This document shows, piece by piece, positions 48,414-58,515 of a DNA stretch of 64,000 nucleotides (positions are counted from its first letter, which is position 1; every line of letters starts with the position of its first letter). The notes beneath the pieces were generated by a model. That model was not told where the DNA came from and searched no databases. It saw only the letters and a list, made by a program, of their open reading frames with translations. The translations under genes and the position numbers were made by a program. Location of the stretch: positions 162,620 to 226,619 of the forward strand of contig JAKBMB010000028.1 of assembly GCA_021831785.1 (NCBI GenBank), read 5' to 3'. This DNA is from Deltaproteobacteria bacterium. GTDB taxonomy: Bacteria; Desulfobacterota; Binatia; Binatales; Binataceae.

Positions 48414-49718
48414 ATGGCCGACTCGGTCGTTTTCGAAGCGCTCGTCAACCGCGAGAACGTTATGTCAAGCGCGGAGAACTTTGTGCTTCATCTGCTGCTC
48501 CAAGCTACCGCGCGGGCGAAAGGAGACGGCGCCAACGGCGTGCGCCTACCGCTCAACCTGGGCGTGGTCATAGACCGCTCGGGCTCAATGTACGACGAGC
48601 GGCGGCTTGAGTTCGTAGTTGAGGCGGTCAAGTTTCTGGTCGACAATCTGGAGCCCGACGATAGGGTCGCTATCGTTGCGTTCGCGGACCAGGCCCATAT
48701 CGTTGCCGCGGGCGACCAGGTTCGCAACAAGGCGGCGGTCAAGCGCGCGATCGACGATATCGACATGCTCGAGATCGGCGGCGGAACGCAGATGGCGCTC
48801 GGCATGAAGGCGGCCATCGAAGAGGTCAAGAAAAACCTCGCTGCCAGCCGCCTCAACCGCGTGCTGGTGCTCACCGACGGCCAGACCTACGAAGAGATGG
48901 CTTGCCTCGAGTTGGCCCGCGCCAATAAGGCGCAGATGTCGTTTTCGGCGATGGGCGTAGGCGCGGAGTTCAACGAGAAGCTGCTGATGCAGGTCGCGCA
49001 GGACACCGGCGGAAAATATCATTATATCGGCGATTCCGCGCAAATTCCCCAGATTTTCGAGGACGAGCTTCAGGGTCTGAGGGCGGTGACCGCGCGCAAC
49101 GGGCGCTTTGATCTGACACTGTCTCAGGGAGTGCAGATTCGCGAGGCCTTTCGGGCCAGCCCGGAGATTTACTCGCTGGGCGAGCCGCTGTTGGATGCCG
49201 AGCGCAAGATAAGCTACGCTGTGGGCGATTTGGAGGGCGGGGTGCCGGCCTCGATACTGCTGAGCCTGGTCCTGCCGCCGCGCAAGCCCGGCGTGGTGCG
49301 GCTGGCGCAGGCGGCCTTTCACTACGAGATGCCCGGCTTCGGCGACCGCGAGGTCCCCGCCGACGTGACGGTGAACTACACCCTGGACCGGGCGCAGGCC
49401 AGCAAAGCCAACGGCCGGGTGATGAATCTGGTGGACCAGGTGGCAATCGCCAAGCTCCAGGCCAAAGCGGAGGAAGAGTTCAAGCAGGGCAACGTCGACC
49501 GCGCCACAAAGCTTCTGACCAACGCTATCGCAAGCACGCAGAAGGTGGGCAACGTCAAGGCCACGCAGGCGCTGTCCGGTTTCATGGAGCAGATAAAGAA
49601 AACGCAAACGCTGGAGAGCAAGGCCGCCAAGACCACGCTATTGCAAGCTCAGGCCGTGGTGCGCAAGACTCAGATGCTTGACCCCGAGGCGCTTAAGAAT
49701 CTCAAGGATTTGGAGTAA
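48414..49718 (+). CDS. von Willebrand factor type A (vWA) domain protein with coiled-coil C-terminal region (TerY-like)
   Basis: MIDAS DRSGSM...; vWA fold signature VAIVAFAD...GGTQMALGM; 434 aa. Confidence 0.75.
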   Translation: MADSVVFEALVNRENVMSSAENFVLHLLLQATARAKGDGANGVRLPLNLGVVIDRSGSMYDERRLEFVVEAVKFLVDNLEPDDRVAIVAFADQAHIVAAGDQVRNKAAVKRAIDDIDMLEIGGGTQMALGMKAAIEEVKKNLAASRLNRVLVLTDGQTYEEMACLELARANKAQMSFSAMGVGAEFNEKLLMQVAQDTGGKYHYIGDSAQIPQIFEDELQGLRAVTARNGRFDLTLSQGVQIREAFRASPEIYSLGEPLLDAERKISYAVGDLEGGVPASILLSLVLPPRKPGVVRLAQAAFHYEMPGFGDREVPADVTVNYTLDRAQASKANGRVMNLVDQVAIAKLQAKAEEEFKQGNVDRATKLLTNAIASTQKVGNVKATQALSGFMEQIKKTQTLESKAAKTTLLQAQAVVRKTQMLDPEALKNLKDLE

Positions 49719-49806
49719 TGCGCGGGCGGCGAAGTTATTCATTATTCGCCTCAGAGCTTTGCCGGATGACCGGGGAGACATTACGTTGGGGTTTAAACCT
49801 TAGACC

Positions 49807-50415
49807 ATGATCAAGTGCAGCGAATGTGGTTACGAAAATACCGAGGGTCTCGATTACTGCGACAGTTGCGGCGCCGCGCTGAGCCACGGCGCGCCGGCTG
49901 CCGACGCCGCGGCCGGCCAACAAGCGGCTGCGGCTGCACCGCCTAGCGCTGAGGTCCACGCCGAGGAGGCTCAAGCGGCCGAGCCCCCGGCCGCCGAAGC
50001 TCAAGAGGCGCCGACGCCGGCCGCCGAAGCGCCGGCAGCACCGCCGGTCGGCGCTGCCCCACCGCTCCCGCCCGGTTTCAAGGCCAAGCTCAAGATTGTG
50101 CGCGGCGGCAGAAAAGGGCAGGAGTTCCCGCTCGAAGAGGGCAACAATGTTATCGGACGCTTCGACCCGGAAAGCGGAGCCTTCCCCGAAGTGGACCTCG
50201 AAGCCGACGACCCCGAAGCAAAGATTTCACGCAAGCACGCCCTGATCAAGATAGAAAACGGCAGGGTCACGATCGAAGACATCGGCAGCCTTAACGGCAC
50301 CTATGTGAACCGCGCGCCGCGGCTCCAGCCCGCACAACCGGTCGAGCTCAAAGGCGGAGACGAGGTGATAGTCGGCAAGACGTTCTTTCAAGTCGTGATC
50401 GAGACCCCAAGCTAG
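49807..50415 (+). CDS. zinc-ribbon + FHA domain protein
   Basis: N-terminal CxxC...CxxC (IKCSECGY...CDSCG); Pro/Ala-rich linker; FHA (VIGR...ISRKHALI...DIGSLNGTYVN). Confidence 0.75.
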   Translation: MIKCSECGYENTEGLDYCDSCGAALSHGAPAADAAAGQQAAAAAPPSAEVHAEEAQAAEPPAAEAQEAPTPAAEAPAAPPVGAAPPLPPGFKAKLKIVRGGRKGQEFPLEEGNNVIGRFDPESGAFPEVDLEADDPEAKISRKHALIKIENGRVTIEDIGSLNGTYVNRAPRLQPAQPVELKGGDEVIVGKTFFQVVIETPS

Positions 50416-50514
50416 GCGCGTTCCCTCAGCGAGTACCTCACGCCAGCCGATGCGCCGGTGTCGCTTTGAGGCGCCCCTGCGCTTTGCGTACAATCTTTAT
50501 CCTAGGGTGCCTCG

Positions 50515-52128
50515 ATGGCGTTTGAACCGTTGCGCGCCGGCTACTTGCTTGATCATCGCTACCGGATTGAAAAGGTCCTCGGCGAAGGAGGCATGGGACG
50601 GGTTTATCTCGCCCATGACACTCGGCTTTCCGATCGCCCGGTAGCGATCAAGGAGATGCATGTTGGAGACGGGCTGCAAGAGCAGAAGGCACTGGAGGAC
50701 TTTAACCGCGAACGCGATATCCTATCGCGCCTGTCCCATCCGGGCATACCCGGGATAATCGACTACCTCGCGCTCGAGCGCCGACATTGCCTGGTGATGG
50801 AATTCATCGCCGGGGGCGACTTGCAGGCGCGCCTGGACAAGCTGGGCCCTAAGGGCCGGATGCCGGAGAAGGTGGTGCTTCAGTGGGGGCGCGAGATACT
50901 TGACGTGCTGGTCTTTTTGCACGCTCAGCACCCTCCGATAATCTATCGCGACCTTAAGCCGGCCAACATAATGATCGACGAAAACGGGCATGCGATGCTG
51001 ATTGACTTCGGCATCGCGCGCTTTTTGCCCCCCGGTGGTCGAGGCACCCAGATAGGCTCGGTCGGCTACGCGCCGCCCGAGCAATATGTGGGTAAGATTG
51101 AGCCGCGCTCGGACCTCTACGCGCTGGCGGCCACGATGCATCATCTGCTGACCGGGCGCGACCCGCAGATGGAGCCGCCGTTTAGCTTCCCGCCCGTGCG
51201 CCAACTGGCGCCCGAGGTTTCGGCGCAAACTGAGCGAGTGCTCATGCAAGCGCTGGATAAAGACGTCGCCAAGCGCCCGGCTTCGGCGCAGGCGATGTTG
51301 GCCGCGCTACCCGACCCGCGATTGCCCGCCGCGGGTGCTGCCAGGGGAGTCGCCGGCGAATGGCCAGGCAAGATGCCCGGAGCCTCGCCGGTCGCACAGA
51401 ATGCGCTGCGCCGCCAGATAAACACCAAGGAGAGCGGGCCGGCCGCCACCGGTCCACCCGGCGGCGCAGCGCCCGGGGCGCGGACGCCGGCCGGACTCGT
51501 CACTCCGCAGGCGCGCTCCGCGCCCGCGCCGCGCGTGTCGCCCAGCGCCAAGACGCAGGAGCTGCCGCGCTTGGACAGCGCGCCGGTATCCTCGCCACCG
51601 ACTTCGGCGCGCGCCGCACCGCCGGCGCGCCCGCCGCTGCCCCCAAAGCAGGTTGGAGCGTCAGTTCGCGCGGCGTCCGCGCCGCCGGCATTTCATACAC
51701 CGGACGGCGTTGGCCGGCCTGCGCCTGCGCGGTCCGCCTCGACTCGCCCGGGGCCATCACCGGCAACGCCGGCCCCTTGGGGCCCGGTGCGACCCGCGCC
51801 CGCATCCGGTTATGCGCGCCTAATCGCCCACGGCGAGCCCGTCGAGTTCGTCCTCCAGGGCAACAGCACAATTATCGGCCGCAAGGGCGGCACCGCAGAC
51901 CACGTGGATATCGACCTTTCACGGCTAAGGCGCCGCACTGAACTGGTCTCGCGGCGCCACGCCGAGGTGATCAAAAACGGAAGCGACTATTATATTCGCG
52001 ATCTTGGCAGTCGCAACGGAACTTACCTAGTCGGCAAGGGCCGGCTCGGCCGCGACCAACTATACAAGCTTAACGACCGCGACAAGGTGGCGTTCGCCGA
52101 CGCCGCCTTTGAATTTCGAAAAAGCTGA
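50515..52128 (+). CDS. Hanks-type Ser/Thr protein kinase with C-terminal FHA domain
   Basis: GEGGMGRVY, VAIKEM, HRDLKPANIM, DFGIAR, APE; Pro-rich linker; FHA (IIGRKGG...SRRHAEV...DLGSRNGTY). Confidence 0.85.
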   Translation: MAFEPLRAGYLLDHRYRIEKVLGEGGMGRVYLAHDTRLSDRPVAIKEMHVGDGLQEQKALEDFNRERDILSRLSHPGIPGIIDYLALERRHCLVMEFIAGGDLQARLDKLGPKGRMPEKVVLQWGREILDVLVFLHAQHPPIIYRDLKPANIMIDENGHAMLIDFGIARFLPPGGRGTQIGSVGYAPPEQYVGKIEPRSDLYALAATMHHLLTGRDPQMEPPFSFPPVRQLAPEVSAQTERVLMQALDKDVAKRPASAQAMLAALPDPRLPAAGAARGVAGEWPGKMPGASPVAQNALRRQINTKESGPAATGPPGGAAPGARTPAGLVTPQARSAPAPRVSPSAKTQELPRLDSAPVSSPPTSARAAPPARPPLPPKQVGASVRAASAPPAFHTPDGVGRPAPARSASTRPGPSPATPAPWGPVRPAPASGYARLIAHGEPVEFVLQGNSTIIGRKGGTADHVDIDLSRLRRRTELVSRRHAEVIKNGSDYYIRDLGSRNGTYLVGKGRLGRDQLYKLNDRDKVAFADAAFEFRKS

Positions 52129-52133
52129 AGCTT

Positions 52134-54221
52134 ATGATTACGTGTCCGCAGTGTGGCCAAACCGCCCCCGACGGAACTCGCTTCTGCGAGCGATGCGGGC
52201 GCCAGTTGCTCGAATCCGATCCGAGTTGGCTGTTGCCCGCGCTCGAGGCGGGCCGCGAGCTTGGGCGTGGGTACAAAATCGTCGAGGTGTTGAGCCGGAC
52301 CGGCGCCGAGAACTGGTATCGCGCCGTGCGAAACGAAGCGCCGGGGCAGGAGCGCCGCATGTTGGTGAGAGAGCGCCTCAGCCCGCGGAGCAGCTCGATC
52401 CTGCTTAACGAGATCGTCAGCGAACAGCCCGCGGGCAAGAACGAAGACGATCCGGCTGGACCCAAGGCCCCGACTCAAGAGCTACCGCCGGTCGCCGCCG
52501 CCGGCGGCAAGCCCTCTGAAATCGCCCCGGCCAGCGAGAACAAGGTCGCGAGCGAGACTGCCGAGCCGCCACCCGAGACTGCCGGCGGTGACGTTGAAGC
52601 GTCCCCTTTAGCCGACGTCCAAAGCGCGCTAAGCCCGGGCGAGCCGCTCGCGGCGCCCGAGCCCTCGCCCGACAGCGAAGGAGCCCAGGCGAGCGCCCCG
52701 AACGAGGAAGACGGCGGGCAAGAGGCTGACGCGCCGACACCAGCGCAACCCGAGCCAGGCGGCGAAGGCGCCGGCGCCGGGCGCCCGCAGCCCACTGACA
52801 TCGAGGCCCAGCCGGTGGACGACTTGGGCGAGCTTTTTGACCGCGTGCGCGACGTGTCGCGCACCCTGAGCCATCCCGCGTTTCAACGCGCTGTGGATAG
52901 CTTTCGCGACGACGGACGGGTCTATTTGGCGTACCCCGACGAAGCGCTAGTAAAGCTCTCCGCCCGAGCACCGGGACTTAAGATGAGCGAGGCGCGGGCG
53001 CTTAGCCTGGCGATTCAGGTGTGCCAGGCGGTAGGTGTCGTCCATAAGCGCGGCTTTCGCATGAACGATATCTGTCCGGACTCGGTTGCCATCGCGCCGG
53101 ATGGCCGGGTCAAGCTCACCGGTCTTGACTGGATCACGAATGATAATGAAGTCGTCGCGGACCCGCTGCTCAACGATGGCTACACCGCGCCGGAGGTCTA
53201 CCGCGGCCAGCGGGTGGACAAGCGGGCGGACATTTTTTCCGTCGCCTGCCTGTTGTACACCTGTTTGACGGGGGAGCGGATTGAATGCGAAACGTGGCTG
53301 GAGGAAAGCGCGCCGGTCCGCTTTTATCCTCCCCACGTGGTAACGCCGGCGCTGGAGAAGGCGCTGCGTCGCGCGCTCGCGTTTCGGCCCGAGGACCGCT
53401 ATTCGGGGATCGATGAATTCAAGAGCGAACTGGTGAAGCTTAATTCGATGATACGCCTGCGCTCGGCCGCGATCACCGACGTGGGTATGGTTCGCGAGAT
53501 GAACGAAGACTCGATCCTGGCGTTGGAATACTTCCGCGACTCGCTGATTGAGCCTGGACAGGCGTTTCTCTACGTGGTTTCCGACGGCATGGGCGGGGCG
53601 GCGGCGGGAGAGGTCGCGAGCGCGATAGCGGTGGAGACCATCCGCGATTATGTGGAGAAGTTCACGGCCAAGGACGCGGAGAAAAAGCCGGGCCTAGCCG
53701 AGATTTCCATCGGCGCCCTGGAAGAAGCCAACCGCAAAATCATTGAATACCAGCAGACGCGTCCCGAGGCGCGCGGCATGGGCGCAACGGGCGTGATCGC
53801 CCTGCTGCAGCCGCCGAAAGCGGCGATGGCCTGGGTAGGCGACAGCCGCGGGTATCTTCACGACGCCAACGGGCTGCGCCAAATCACCAAAGACCATTCC
53901 CTAGTGCAGCGTCTGGTCGACATCGGCCAGATCACGCCCGAGCAGGCGCGCCATCACGAGCACAAGAACGTGATTCTGCGGTCTCTCGGCGCGCGCCAGA
54001 GCGGTCCGGCCGGGGCCGAAGCAGTGGATTTAACGCTCAAGCGCGGCGACCGGCTGTTGCTGTGCAGCGACGGCCTTATCGCGCACGTCGAGGACGGCCA
54101 GATAAGCGAGGTTCTCGATCGCCACAGCGATCCGGTCGAGGCCGCGCGTGAGTTGATAGTAGCGGCCAACGCGGGTGGCGGCACGGACAATATTTCCGTG
54201 ATCCTGGTGTTCGCGGAGTAA
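52134..54221 (+). CDS. zinc-ribbon + degenerate kinase-like domain + PP2C Ser/Thr phosphatase fusion
   Basis: CPQCG...CERCG ribbon; central kinase-like region lacking the Gly loop and catalytic-loop Lys (FRMNDICPDSV, GLD for DFG); C-terminal PP2C motifs DVGMVREMNEDS, VSDGMGGAAAGEVAS, CSDGL, GGTDNISVILV. Confidence 0.8.
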   Translation: MITCPQCGQTAPDGTRFCERCGRQLLESDPSWLLPALEAGRELGRGYKIVEVLSRTGAENWYRAVRNEAPGQERRMLVRERLSPRSSSILLNEIVSEQPAGKNEDDPAGPKAPTQELPPVAAAGGKPSEIAPASENKVASETAEPPPETAGGDVEASPLADVQSALSPGEPLAAPEPSPDSEGAQASAPNEEDGGQEADAPTPAQPEPGGEGAGAGRPQPTDIEAQPVDDLGELFDRVRDVSRTLSHPAFQRAVDSFRDDGRVYLAYPDEALVKLSARAPGLKMSEARALSLAIQVCQAVGVVHKRGFRMNDICPDSVAIAPDGRVKLTGLDWITNDNEVVADPLLNDGYTAPEVYRGQRVDKRADIFSVACLLYTCLTGERIECETWLEESAPVRFYPPHVVTPALEKALRRALAFRPEDRYSGIDEFKSELVKLNSMIRLRSAAITDVGMVREMNEDSILALEYFRDSLIEPGQAFLYVVSDGMGGAAAGEVASAIAVETIRDYVEKFTAKDAEKKPGLAEISIGALEEANRKIIEYQQTRPEARGMGATGVIALLQPPKAAMAWVGDSRGYLHDANGLRQITKDHSLVQRLVDIGQITPEQARHHEHKNVILRSLGARQSGPAGAEAVDLTLKRGDRLLLCSDGLIAHVEDGQISEVLDRHSDPVEAARELIVAANAGGGTDNISVILVFAE

Positions 54222-54226
54222 AGGTA

Positions 54227-56596
54227 ATGCCCGCGGCTTCGACAGGCGATTCGTCCGGCACCGGGCCGCTGGCGGTCGGCACCAGGCAGCAGGGCCGCTA
54301 CGTCATCGAGCGGCTTCTCGGCGGCGGCGGGATGGGAGTGGTCTACCTGGCGCGCGACGAGCGGCTGGCCAACCGCCCGTGCGCAATCAAGGAGATGATC
54401 GATCACTTCATCGACCCGCAGCAGCGTCGTCAGGCAAGCGAGTATTTCGCCCGTGAAGCCGACACCCTGGCGCGTCTCAAGCATCAAGCGATCCCCTCGA
54501 TTTTCGATCGCTTCGACGACCGTAACCGCCATTACCTGGTGATGGAGTACGTCGAGGGGCGCAACCTCGAGGACGAACTCGCCGCGCTCGGCCGGCCGAT
54601 GGCTGAGAGCAAGGTGATCGACATCGCGCGCCAGCTCTGCGATGTGCTTTCCTACCTGCACAATTTTAACTCGCCGATCGTCTACCGCGACATGAAGCCG
54701 TCCAACGTCATGATGACGCCCAGCGGACGCGTCGTACTGATTGACTTCGGCATCGCGCGGTTGTTCAAAGGAGTCAGCAAGGGCACGATGATCGGCACTC
54801 TGGGATTTGCGCCGCCCGAGCAGTACAAGGGCGAGGTTGACCCGCGGGCCGACATCTATTCGCTCGGCGCCACGCTGCACTATATCGTGACCGGGCGCGA
54901 CCCGGAGAAGTTTCCGCCGTTTAGCTTTCCTCCGGTGCGTGACCTGCGCCCCGAAGTCTCGAACCGATTGGCCGGAGCGATCGACCGCGCATTGGCGTAC
55001 AAGGTCGAAGCGCGCCCGCAAACCGTGCATGAGTTTCGCGACATGCTGCTCTACGGCACCGGCCTGGAGGGACAGGCGGCGGCGCGGGTCAGCCCGCGCA
55101 GCGGCACCGCCGAGCTGACCAAAAAGAGGGTGCAAAGACGGGCCGCCGCCGAGCGCCAGCCGGTAAAGCGGCGCCGATGGCGGCGCGTTGCCGTGCTGGC
55201 GACCCTGACCCTGACCATCGGGGCGGCCGCCTTTGGCGCCACCTACGTCTATCACGACCCGGCGCTCCAGGCGCAGTTGGGCATCAAACCGCTGATTGAC
55301 AGCTTGCCTTGGAAGCGCGCCCAGTTATTGGCGCGCGCTCGCGCCGACCCGCTAAGCTTACAAGGGCTAACGATACGGCTGACTTCGCGGGAAGGCTACC
55401 CGTTGTCGGTGCCGAAGACTTCGTTTTTGAACACGGATTTCGCCTCTTCGCGCTACCTAGGCTGGACCGCGAGCGTGAAGAACAATTTGGCCGGACTCGA
55501 AGCCGGCTCGCAGACGGTCAGCGCCCGCATTTACGGTCCAACGGGCGTCCAGGTGGCTTCGAGCGACGCCAGTCGGTTCGTCGGCACGGACCAGACCGCG
55601 GTCGATTTCGGCGGGGTCGCGCTGATGCCGGATTTGTCGGCCGGGCCTTACGGAGAGTATCGAGTGGCGCTTTACCGAGGCGATCAAGTGCTCGGTGAGC
55701 AGAATTTCTCCGTCCAGGAAAACCTCGAGGCCAAGGCCAAAGCGCAAGCCGAGCAGGCGTCAGCGCGCGCCGCGGCTGAGGCCGAAAAGAAGAAGGCGCA
55801 AGAGCAGCAGATGCGGCTCGCCGCGGTCGAGCAGGCGCGCCGCAAGCCGCTTACCCTGGAGAGCGTCGATTTTCTCAACACCACCAAAACCGGCACGCCG
55901 CTTTCCGGCTACAGCAATACATTTTATGCTTCAAAGGTATTGTTCGTGGCATGGGTGGCCAAGTTCAAAAACCGCCTGTACAATCTCGACGTCGGCCAGT
56001 ATCGCGTGGATGCCGCGTACGTGGGGCCTGATGGCCGCGTGTTGGGCAGCGTCAGCGATTACAAGTTGGTCTCGACCAGCGCTACAACCGCGGAGTTCAC
56101 CGGTCGGATTGGCAATGCCGCCGGGGGCGCCTTCTTACCCGGAACTTACACGGTGAATTTCTACCTGGACGGGAAGCTCTTGACCGAGAAGCGGTTTCAA
56201 GTTATCGCCGACACCGGTCCCCGCGGCAACTTCGCCGTACGCGGCCCGAGTTCGAGGCCCCTCAGGAGTGGCGCGAACGCCAACCCGCGGCTCGATTCGC
56301 CGCTGGTCGCTAACGGCAAGATAGAGGGGCTGGCCGGCGCGCAGGGAGCGCCGATTGAAGTCCGCCTCAGGCCTCAACCGAACAGTTTCCTGCGCGGCGA
56401 ACTCGTCATCCATTATCCCGGCTACGGGGTAACTGCGCTCAGCGGCTTTGTGCGCGGCGAGCACATCGAATTTGAGGTCGCTTACGGAAGCAATATTCTC
56501 TACTTCGAAGGCCGGGAGTCCAACGGAACCTTGAGCGGAGTTTTTCAATCGCAGCCGTCGGGCGCCAGCGGCACCTGGAAAGCCAGCATCAACTGA
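54227..56596 (+). CDS. Hanks-type Ser/Thr protein kinase, single TM, extracellular domain with two ~100-aa repeated modules
   Basis: GGGGMGVVY, CAIKEM, YRDMKPSNVMM, DFGIARL; TM VAVLATLTLTIGAAAFGATYV; repeated YxxWxAxxKN...Q.V.A.[IY]YGP[TD]G...G.YxVxxY pattern. Confidence 0.85.
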   Translation: MPAASTGDSSGTGPLAVGTRQQGRYVIERLLGGGGMGVVYLARDERLANRPCAIKEMIDHFIDPQQRRQASEYFAREADTLARLKHQAIPSIFDRFDDRNRHYLVMEYVEGRNLEDELAALGRPMAESKVIDIARQLCDVLSYLHNFNSPIVYRDMKPSNVMMTPSGRVVLIDFGIARLFKGVSKGTMIGTLGFAPPEQYKGEVDPRADIYSLGATLHYIVTGRDPEKFPPFSFPPVRDLRPEVSNRLAGAIDRALAYKVEARPQTVHEFRDMLLYGTGLEGQAAARVSPRSGTAELTKKRVQRRAAAERQPVKRRRWRRVAVLATLTLTIGAAAFGATYVYHDPALQAQLGIKPLIDSLPWKRAQLLARARADPLSLQGLTIRLTSREGYPLSVPKTSFLNTDFASSRYLGWTASVKNNLAGLEAGSQTVSARIYGPTGVQVASSDASRFVGTDQTAVDFGGVALMPDLSAGPYGEYRVALYRGDQVLGEQNFSVQENLEAKAKAQAEQASARAAAEAEKKKAQEQQMRLAAVEQARRKPLTLESVDFLNTTKTGTPLSGYSNTFYASKVLFVAWVAKFKNRLYNLDVGQYRVDAAYVGPDGRVLGSVSDYKLVSTSATTAEFTGRIGNAAGGAFLPGTYTVNFYLDGKLLTEKRFQVIADTGPRGNFAVRGPSSRPLRSGANANPRLDSPLVANGKIEGLAGAQGAPIEVRLRPQPNSFLRGELVIHYPGYGVTALSGFVRGEHIEFEVAYGSNILYFEGRESNGTLSGVFQSQPSGASGTWKASIN

Positions 56597-56695
56597 ATGG
56601 ATACGCCACCAGGACTTACCCTCCGGGAGCAGGAGCGTACGGCCGAGGCCGCCCCCGCGACGCGCGTCCCACTCAGCCGCCGGCACCGCAGCTAA

Positions 56696-57682
56696 ATGGC
56701 AAGCACGCTTTCGCGCGAAAAACTGATCTTTTACAGCGTGGCGGGGGGGCTCGGCGGGCTGGCCGCGTGGGGCGCGGCTGAGCCGTTTATGGGCATCCGC
56801 AATGTGTACGTGCGAGCCCTGATTCTCGGCGCCTTTATCGGCGCCTTTATCGGCGCCTTTTTGGCCTCGATCGAGGCGTTGAGCGTAAGCCAGCGCCGAC
56901 TTGCGCTGCGCGGCATGCGCGCCGGTGGCTTGATCGGCGCGCTCGGCGGGGCACTGGGCCTTTTGGTGGCCGAGGTCGGCTTCGATCTGTTAGGGGGCCT
57001 GATTGGCCGCGTCGTCGGCTGGGCAGTGCTCGGCGTGGTGGTCGGGTTCGGCACCGGGTGGGCGTCGCGGTCCGAGGCGCGCCTGCGCAACGGTGCGCTC
57101 GGCGGTATACTGGGCGGCGCGCTGGGCGGCTTCCTGTACGAGGCGCTGACGACGCTGCTACCCCAGATGCTCGCCCGTCCGCTCGCGCTCGTACTCGCTG
57201 CGAGCAGCGGGCCGGCCGGCGGCGGCGCGGGCGCGGCGGGTGCGGGATTGAGCAGCGGCGAGGTGATGAACGCGGCGCAGATGATCGGGTTAGCGATAGC
57301 GATTGTCGTGCTCGGCGCCCTGATCGGTTTTTTCATCGGCCTGGTGGGCGAGCTCCTCAAGCAGGGCTGGTTCATGGTCGTGCGCAGCAAAAGCCGCAAC
57401 GCGCGCGAAGGACGCGAGTACTCCTTGGTCAAGCAGGTCACGTCGGTCGGCCGCGCTGAAGAGTGCGACGTGGGCCTGTTTGGCGACCAGAGCGTCGCGC
57501 CTCGCCACGCGGTCATCCGGCGCGAAGGGCGCAACTTCTACCTGACGCCGAGCTCCGGCGCTCAGGTAATTGTCAACCGCGCACCGCTTAACGGTCGCCA
57601 TCTGCTGCGCAGCGGTGATAGAGTTGAAGTTGGAGGCACCTTGCTTCTGTTTCGGGAGCGCGTCCAGAGTTCGGCACGGTGA
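56696..57682 (+). CDS. integral membrane (glycine-zipper) protein with C-terminal FHA domain
   Basis: Multiple Gly-rich TM segments; C-terminal FHA (SVGRAEECDV...APRHAVIRREGRNFYLTPSSGAQVIVN). Confidence 0.7.
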   Translation: MASTLSREKLIFYSVAGGLGGLAAWGAAEPFMGIRNVYVRALILGAFIGAFIGAFLASIEALSVSQRRLALRGMRAGGLIGALGGALGLLVAEVGFDLLGGLIGRVVGWAVLGVVVGFGTGWASRSEARLRNGALGGILGGALGGFLYEALTTLLPQMLARPLALVLAASSGPAGGGAGAAGAGLSSGEVMNAAQMIGLAIAIVVLGALIGFFIGLVGELLKQGWFMVVRSKSRNAREGREYSLVKQVTSVGRAEECDVGLFGDQSVAPRHAVIRREGRNFYLTPSSGAQVIVNRAPLNGRHLLRSGDRVEVGGTLLLFRERVQSSAR

Positions 57683-57692
57683 CCTCGGTCAC

Positions 57693-58463
57693 GTGGCCTT
57701 AAAGAGTGATTTTCGGTTTTATTACGGATGGCTTGTCTGGCTGACGTTGACCGGCTGCGCGAGCACCAAGACTTCTCCGTCGCTCGCGAATCTCCCGCCC
57801 AGCTCGGTCGTGACCGTGCAATACTACCCGCGCTTTCTCAAGGGTTACGAAGACAGTTACCCGCTGCGGCCGATAATGGTGTTGCGGCCGGTCGACGACC
57901 GCGAGTTTCCCCAGCGCTGGAGCAAAGACCATCAACCTTCGAATGGGTACCCGGCGGTCGGCGTAATCATGGACGCTAAACAACAGGTCATCGAACGGCT
58001 GTACGCCCAACCGTTTGTGGACCTCGTACAAAAGGCGCTGGCGCAGGCGGCTGCGGAAGCAGGAATGACCACCGTCATGTCAAATCAAACCAGTTACGGG
58101 AGCGCGTTGACGTCCAGCCCGCCGGCCTACGTCCTGGCCAGCCGCATCACTCGATGCTGGGTGGAGAGAAAGCTCGATGTCAGCGATGGCGGCCTGGGCG
58201 TCTGGCGAAGCTGGGCCGAGTTCGACCTCGAGGCGACGCTGTACAAAGTGCCCTTTCGCGTTCCGTTTTGGCAGGCGAAGTCGATATCCGTGTTTTACGA
58301 CCCGCCGCCGAACACGTTCGATCCGGGCCTAGCCAGCGAGACCGCGCTCTACGAGAGCCCGAACGAGGTGCTCTCGGTGGCCCTCACGAAGGCGGTCGCC
58401 GGCATCTTCAACCACTACGACCTGCGCAGTCTCGTCACGCAAGACCGCGTGCTGACGCAGTGA
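57693..58463 (+). CDS. lipoprotein of unknown function (last gene of the kinase/FHA cassette)
   Basis: GTG start 11 nt after the previous stop; signal GWLVWLTLTGC lipobox; the 5' ORF extension is discounted. Confidence 0.5.
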   Translation: MALKSDFRFYYGWLVWLTLTGCASTKTSPSLANLPPSSVVTVQYYPRFLKGYEDSYPLRPIMVLRPVDDREFPQRWSKDHQPSNGYPAVGVIMDAKQQVIERLYAQPFVDLVQKALAQAAAEAGMTTVMSNQTSYGSALTSSPPAYVLASRITRCWVERKLDVSDGGLGVWRSWAEFDLEATLYKVPFRVPFWQAKSISVFYDPPPNTFDPGLASETALYESPNEVLSVALTKAVAGIFNHYDLRSLVTQDRVLTQ

Positions 58464-58515
58464 AGGCAGCCGCCGGCGCGCGGCCGCCCAACCATGGTCC
58501 GGTCTTAAAAGCGCT

